Shown here piece after piece: positions 59,999 to 64,000 of a stretch of DNA of 64,000 nucleotides. A program made the translations under genes and the position numbers. Position 1 is the first letter of the stretch, and every line of letters starts with the position of its first letter. The notes under the pieces were generated by a model. It saw only the letters and a list, made by a program, of their open reading frames with translations. It made no database searches and was not told the DNA's origin. This DNA comes from an uncultured Thermoprotei archaeon. Lineage in GTDB: Archaea > Thermoproteota > Thermoprotei > Thermofilales > B15-G2. The stretch spans positions 64,001 to 128,000 of the forward strand of contig CBDUKN010000005.1 of the NCBI GenBank assembly GCA_965367815.1, read 5' to 3'.

Positions 59999-61270
59999 TC
60001 ACCCGAGGACTCTTTTTCTACCAGACCTAGCGAAAACTACTCTGAAAAAGTCTTCTCTCGGCAAATTAAACCATAGCTGGTCACCTATAAGAGCAGGTAG
60101 TCTTGGGTCAAGTACAGTACAGTGGTGGGCTTGTGCAAGAGGCTTCGGGTAACCCGTTTTTCTGCAAGCTAAAGCAGCCAGCACACCTAGTGCTTCTTCT
60201 AAATTCTCTGAGAACACGACAGGATACGATACTTGAAACACTATGCCGTTTTTCCTAAGTTTAGCATATGCTACTTCTGCGTAGCTCCAAGAGTCTCGGT
60301 AAATATTCTGTAAGATAGTATTAGGATACATGTGATCAACAGCATCTTCGTCTACCCTAGGTATTCTTTCTCCAATTTCCTTTAATTTGATATATGCTCG
60401 CTTAAAGTCTCTCCATAAGTACTCTAAAACAGCAGTATCGTTAAATGATGAAAGAGCTCTTCTGCCGTGTATAAGAAAACCGCTTTCAGTATCCTTAGAT
60501 ATCCAGAATACCTTAACTTTCTTTTCTGCAGCTCTATTCAAGAGTATTCTCAGCATATTTTGCGCTAAAGTCTCCTCAAAAGCCATGTAAACATACCCTA
60601 GCCATAGCCTCTTAGCTTCTTTCTTAAGTGAAGAAGCCGTTTTCTCGTAGGCATTCCTAGCGTACTTCCACGAAAGAGCTAAAAGTTTTCTAAAAATCTT
60701 TACAGCTTTTTCATCGCTACTAAGCGCAATATCCTCTGTCTCTAAGCAGAAGTTATCTAAATCTTTTTCAATAGCTAAGTAAAGTGCTTTGACGCTGTTT
60801 CTTCCGCCAAGAACTCTCTCAAGAAACCTATAGTCACCTCTAGTGTAAGAGCATCCCATTAGCATCGATATATAAGAGCCGTCTAAAAAAATGTAGTCGC
60901 ATGAATCAATATGTTTTAAAGCAACTAGTTCTTCATAACATCTACATAAAGTAGATGCTCTGCTCTCACCTCTTGTTTTAGGTAGAATAGGGACTACTAC
61001 AGGCTGGTCTGATGCAACACTACTTTTTTCCAAGAAATTATTCCTAACTATAACTGGAAAAGTAGAAAATGCGGTAATATAACACCCGAATCTTTCGTCG
61101 ACAACGTAGCTTCCATCAATACAGCAGCAAGAAAAATTACTTACTACGGGAAAATCAACAACAGTTTTCTCTTCAACAAGCTTTTTTAGTTCATTGAGCT
61201 CTTCTTCAATAATCTCGATGCTTACAGCATGAAGGTCTTTGAGCTGTCTGTAAATATAGTTAGTGTCCAC
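59999..61270 (-). CDS. nurA: NurA-family nuclease
   Basis: IDGS, LDGS, ISKD, GYPKPLAQAH; directly upstream of herA. Confidence 0.82.
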   Translation of the reverse strand: MDTNYIYRQLKDLHAVSIEIIEEELNELKKLVEEKTVVDFPVVSNFSCCCIDGSYVVDERFGCYITAFSTFPVIVRNNFLEKSSVASDQPVVVPILPKTRGESRASTLCRCYEELVALKHIDSCDYIFLDGSYISMLMGCSYTRGDYRFLERVLGGRNSVKALYLAIEKDLDNFCLETEDIALSSDEKAVKIFRKLLALSWKYARNAYEKTASSLKKEAKRLWLGYVYMAFEETLAQNMLRILLNRAAEKKVKVFWISKDTESGFLIHGRRALSSFNDTAVLEYLWRDFKRAYIKLKEIGERIPRVDEDAVDHMYPNTILQNIYRDSWSYAEVAYAKLRKNGIVFQVSYPVVFSENLEEALGVLAALACRKTGYPKPLAQAHHCTVLDPRLPALIGDQLWFNLPREDFFRVVFARSGRKRVLG

Positions 61271-61487
61271 ACATTGAATACTGTTGTGTAGTATATATTC
61301 CTCATTAGAGTACTCTGAAACTTATAGAGAAAGATTTATATAAAAACGAATACAGAGAAAAGTAAAAAATTCTCGTTTTGAGTTTATCGGCCTTTATTTT
61401 ATCTTAAAATATACAAAGAGAAATATTTTTTCGTTAAATTAATCGAAAACTATAAATAGCAGTATCTACACCCAGACTAGACCAAAT

Positions 61488-61637
61488 ATGGGTAAATGCA
61501 AATATCTAGAAATAGTAAAAACAAACTGGGGCAACATATACCACATTTGCCATAGACCACCATACGGCGAAGAAGGCCGATTCTTGCCAAACGGCGAAGA
61601 AGACTGCAAACGCTGCAAATACCGAGAAGAAGAATAA
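61488..61637 (+). CDS. Small Cys-rich (zinc-finger-like) protein, 49 aa
   Basis: MGKCKYLEIVKTNWGNIYHICHRPPYGEEGRFLPNGEEDCKRCKYREEE; TATAAA at 61451. Confidence 0.6.
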   Translation: MGKCKYLEIVKTNWGNIYHICHRPPYGEEGRFLPNGEEDCKRCKYREEE

Positions 61638-61695
61638 ACATTTAGCCAAAACGATTTTTTACCATTTCTTTATTTTTACAGCATTTTCAACAAGA

Positions 61696-61744
61696 TCAGC
61701 CTAGGTGTTGGTCATCACTAATCAGATACGGCCGCATTCATCAT
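61696..61744 (-). ncRNA. Box C/D guide sRNA, both guides antisense to 16S rRNA
   Basis: ATGATGA-atgcggccgtat-CTGA-tta-GTGATGA-ccaacacctagg-CTGA; complements TACGGCCGCA and CTAGGTGTTGG are conserved archaeal 16S segments. Confidence 0.92.
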
Positions 61745-62160
61745 TGAGCATTATTGTTGAATACGGTAAATATATAGGTATTTTAATTCAGCTCAACGAG
61801 ATATCCTTATCTATTGACAACTCGGTGTTTATCGTTTTCTTTTATTTCACCAGTATAGGAATCTGTAGGGTACTTCCATTAAGCTTTCCTCTACGATAAC
61901 TATTATTATGTTTTCCGCTCTATTAATCCATGCTCCAAGCACTCTACCTTATCCTCAAACTCTTCTAGTAGCCTATACTCAAGCTACTCTTCGCTTTCTA
62001 GAGGTGGTTCCTCATCAAAGAAATCAAACCAGCCCTCAAACACATAAATACTCAGATAGTACTCACCACACTTAAAGGATATTTATTATGAAAACATGAA
62101 ATACTTTCGGTATAGTAAATTTTTCCTACACTACTTAAATACTCTTAAACAACACTATAT

Positions 62161-62209
62161 TTAGATGATCCGAGGTCTCATCATCTCTCGGTAGCTCGGC
62201 ATTCATCAC
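62161..62209 (-). ncRNA. Box C/D guide sRNA overlapping ORF 3' end
   Basis: GTGATGA-atgccgagcta-CCGA-gag-ATGATGA-gacctcggatcat-CTAA. Confidence 0.7.
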
Positions 62210-62444
62210 TATAATTTCTTATAACTGTTTTCCAGAAATATGTTTTTGTGAGCTTATACCATATGGTTAACCAGAAGCCGAGTAAAATAAAAGCTATAGT
62301 GTAACCTATTATTTGCCCAAATAAGCCTTTAGGGAGAATAATTAGCATCTTGTCTATAGCGTAAAGTATTATTATAAGTAGAAACCAGACTAGCAGCATT
62401 ATTTCAATTAACGGAACTACAGCACTGATTACTTTTCTCAGCAT
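62181..62444 (-). CDS. Small two-TM membrane protein
   Basis: Two hydrophobic helices. Confidence 0.6.
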   Translation of the reverse strand: MLRKVISAVVPLIEIMLLVWFLLIIILYAIDKMLIILPKGLFGQIIGYTIAFILLGFWLTIWYKLTKTYFWKTVIRNYSDECRATER

Positions 62445-62482
62445 TCACGTAGTAGATTACTTCTGTTATTTAAGTCTAGTTG

Positions 62483-63595
62483 CTAGTCTATTCTAGTATA
62501 TCGACCGTACTTGCGAATTATTTTCAGAAAGTACTTGTAGTTGTCTAGTGAAACCGTAGGAGGTACTGAGTGATCAGAGCAGGCAATGTATCCTCCTCCC
62601 TCCATTGCTTTAGGTATTTTGGAGAATACTTCTCGCTTAATATTTTCTTTTGTTTTGGATAGTTCGCGTACATCTATGTTGCCTATGAATGCTATTTTGT
62701 CGCCGTATTTTTCTTTAAGTTCTACTACATTCATTCCTGCTTTAGCTTCAAGAGGCTGTAGTGCAGTAAAGCCTGCTTTAATGAAGTAGGGAACTAAGAT
62801 GTTTACATTGCCGTCTGTGTGGAGAACTGCTGGCAGATTTTTTGTTCTATATAGCTGAGTTATTTTAGCGTGTGCTTTCATAACGTATTTCTCGTACATT
62901 TTAGGAGAAAAGAATGGGCCACTTCTATATGCTACATCGTCCCATATCCAGACACCATCTACACCATAGTCTATGAATGCTTTAGCCACAGCTCCCAGGA
63001 ATTTTCCAAGGACATTAAATACGTATTCTACTAATTTAGGGTCCTTATGCATCAGTACCAGAATTCTATCTACTCTTTCGCCTAAAATATGGCGGGCGTA
63101 CTCAAATGGTCCAAGTATACTACAGAACACAAAGTATTTTTCCTGAAGTTTCTTCACAGCTCTCTCTACATCTGATTTAAAGGGATACTTGCTACTAGAG
63201 ATTCTAGCAGGATACTCTGGGTCGAGTAAAGGCTCTATTCTCTCCTTAAATTCTTCTAGCGTAGACACAGCTGGCTCAAGTGCATAAGGGACGCCGCTCT
63301 TATGTTTCCATGTCTTTACTTTTACTCCAAACGCGTCGCGGAAAACTCTATGCTTATTATTTTCTTCGATCGTAATAGTATCAAATTTCGGTGTTACATC
63401 AGCTCCAATGAAGGCGATATCCATTCCGAAATACTCTTTTAAGTCAGCGTGTTCAGGCAATCCTTCCTTTTTCCAACGGTCAATTGTTTCAGCCCAGAAG
63501 AAGTCAACATACCCTACTCTATCGGCTTCCTCCAGGTTTAATAAACAGTATATTCTTTCTCTAGAGTCCACGTTTACTTTATGTTGAATGAACAT
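62483..63595 (-). CDS. URO-D-family (methylcobamide methyltransferase-like) protein
   Basis: GPFE, WDDVA, LHTDGN, LQPLE, GNID, GGGYI..SDHS. Confidence 0.85.
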   Translation of the reverse strand: MFIQHKVNVDSRERIYCLLNLEEADRVGYVDFFWAETIDRWKKEGLPEHADLKEYFGMDIAFIGADVTPKFDTITIEENNKHRVFRDAFGVKVKTWKHKSGVPYALEPAVSTLEEFKERIEPLLDPEYPARISSSKYPFKSDVERAVKKLQEKYFVFCSILGPFEYARHILGERVDRILVLMHKDPKLVEYVFNVLGKFLGAVAKAFIDYGVDGVWIWDDVAYRSGPFFSPKMYEKYVMKAHAKITQLYRTKNLPAVLHTDGNVNILVPYFIKAGFTALQPLEAKAGMNVVELKEKYGDKIAFIGNIDVRELSKTKENIKREVFSKIPKAMEGGGYIACSDHSVPPTVSLDNYKYFLKIIRKYGRYTRID

Positions 63596-63611
63596 AAATC
63601 ACTAATTGTGC

Positions 63612-63668
63612 GGCTCCTCGCCGGAAGTAGTCATCACTAGTCAGACCACCGAGCGGTACGTCACAGCC
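63612..63668 (-). ncRNA. Probable box C/D sRNA with degenerate outer boxes
   Basis: GGCT-GTGACGT-accgctcggtggt-CTGA-cta-GTGATGA-ctacttccggcg-AGGA-GCC; GC-rich island. Confidence 0.55.
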
Positions 63669-63692
63669 TAGTACTTTTTCTCAGCGCTTAAT

Positions 63693-64000
63693 TTAAACTT
63701 TAACTGAAGTCTGGCTTGAAGGGTGTTTGAGTATAATATTTTCGGGGTCTAATATTATCTGAATAGGTTTGTCTAGTAATCTCACTACTATTTTTCGGTA
63801 GTCTTTGCTCCCTATCCATTCTCTTCTCTCTACTTTGCCTCCTTGTTCGGTTAAAACTACTACTTTAAGAGGTGCTCTGCCCAGTCCCTCGTTAACTATT
63901 TTAAAGCCTACATACCAGCTGGACCCTGCTTTAGCTAAGTCTACTACTTTTATCTTATAGAGAGGTAGCGAAGCAGAGTTTATCCAGTCTTCAATGAACC
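63693..64000 (-). CDS. C-terminal end of a probable M1-family aminopeptidase (truncated by window)
   Basis: FIEDWINSASLPLYKI...IVNEG...IILDPENIILK, stop at 63693. Confidence 0.55.
   Translation of the reverse strand, partial: FIEDWINSASLPLYKIKVVDLAKAGSSWYVGFKIVNEGLGRAPLKVVVLTEQGGKVERREWIGSKDYRKIVVRLLDKPIQIILDPENIILKHPSSQTSVKV

Noticed and set aside
61790-62070. Acidic coding-like stretch on the minus strand
   Set aside because: Multiple stops, unassignable; possible gene remnant
353-62789. Many antisense ORFs in the track (e.g. 986-1465, 24163-24666, 40469-41041, 57701-58189)
   Set aside because: Shadows of well-supported opposite-strand genes, Ser/Phe-rich, no motifs
9957-63668. Recurrent TGATGA/CTGA units as a CRISPR or TIGR-like array
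   Set aside because: Units are solitary and dispersed on both strands, no Cas or Nop-domain gene is adjacent, and at least one has clear rRNA targets: ordinary C/D sRNAs
63791-63803. Similarity of the 9957 sRNA guide to the aminopeptidase gene
   Set aside because: Same sense as the mRNA, not antisense; short chance match

Overview
AT-rich chromosomal window from a (hyper)thermophilic archaeon, most consistent with Thermoproteota. Evidence: archaeal-type ThrRS, NurA/HerA, CofE, a two-intron tRNA-Thr with BHB motifs, and about 8 intergenic or ORF-overlapping box C/D guide sRNAs missed by the ORF track. Coding content is dominated by sugar catabolism (GH35, GHL10, PfkB, xylose-isomerase-like and EryC-like enzymes, split UxaA, sulfatase-like hydrolase), interleaved with a dispersed corrinoid methyl-transfer kit (MtaA-like, RamA/RACo, corrinoid protein, second URO-D-like protein) and F420 genes. 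It also holds one intact and one decayed toxin-antitoxin pair, and two CBS proteins resembling archaeal ribosome-hibernation factors. The best candidate for an undescribed system is a coupled four-gene operon at 21900-23529: ArsR regulator, a 2-TM protein with MscL-like size and C-terminal LLxEIRDxLK helix, a tiny soluble protein repeating that helix, and a YhbE/F-type bactofilin, preceded by an 11-bp inverted repeat. No CRISPR array, rRNA, IS element or integrase was seen. All family calls come from motif recognition, not database searches.
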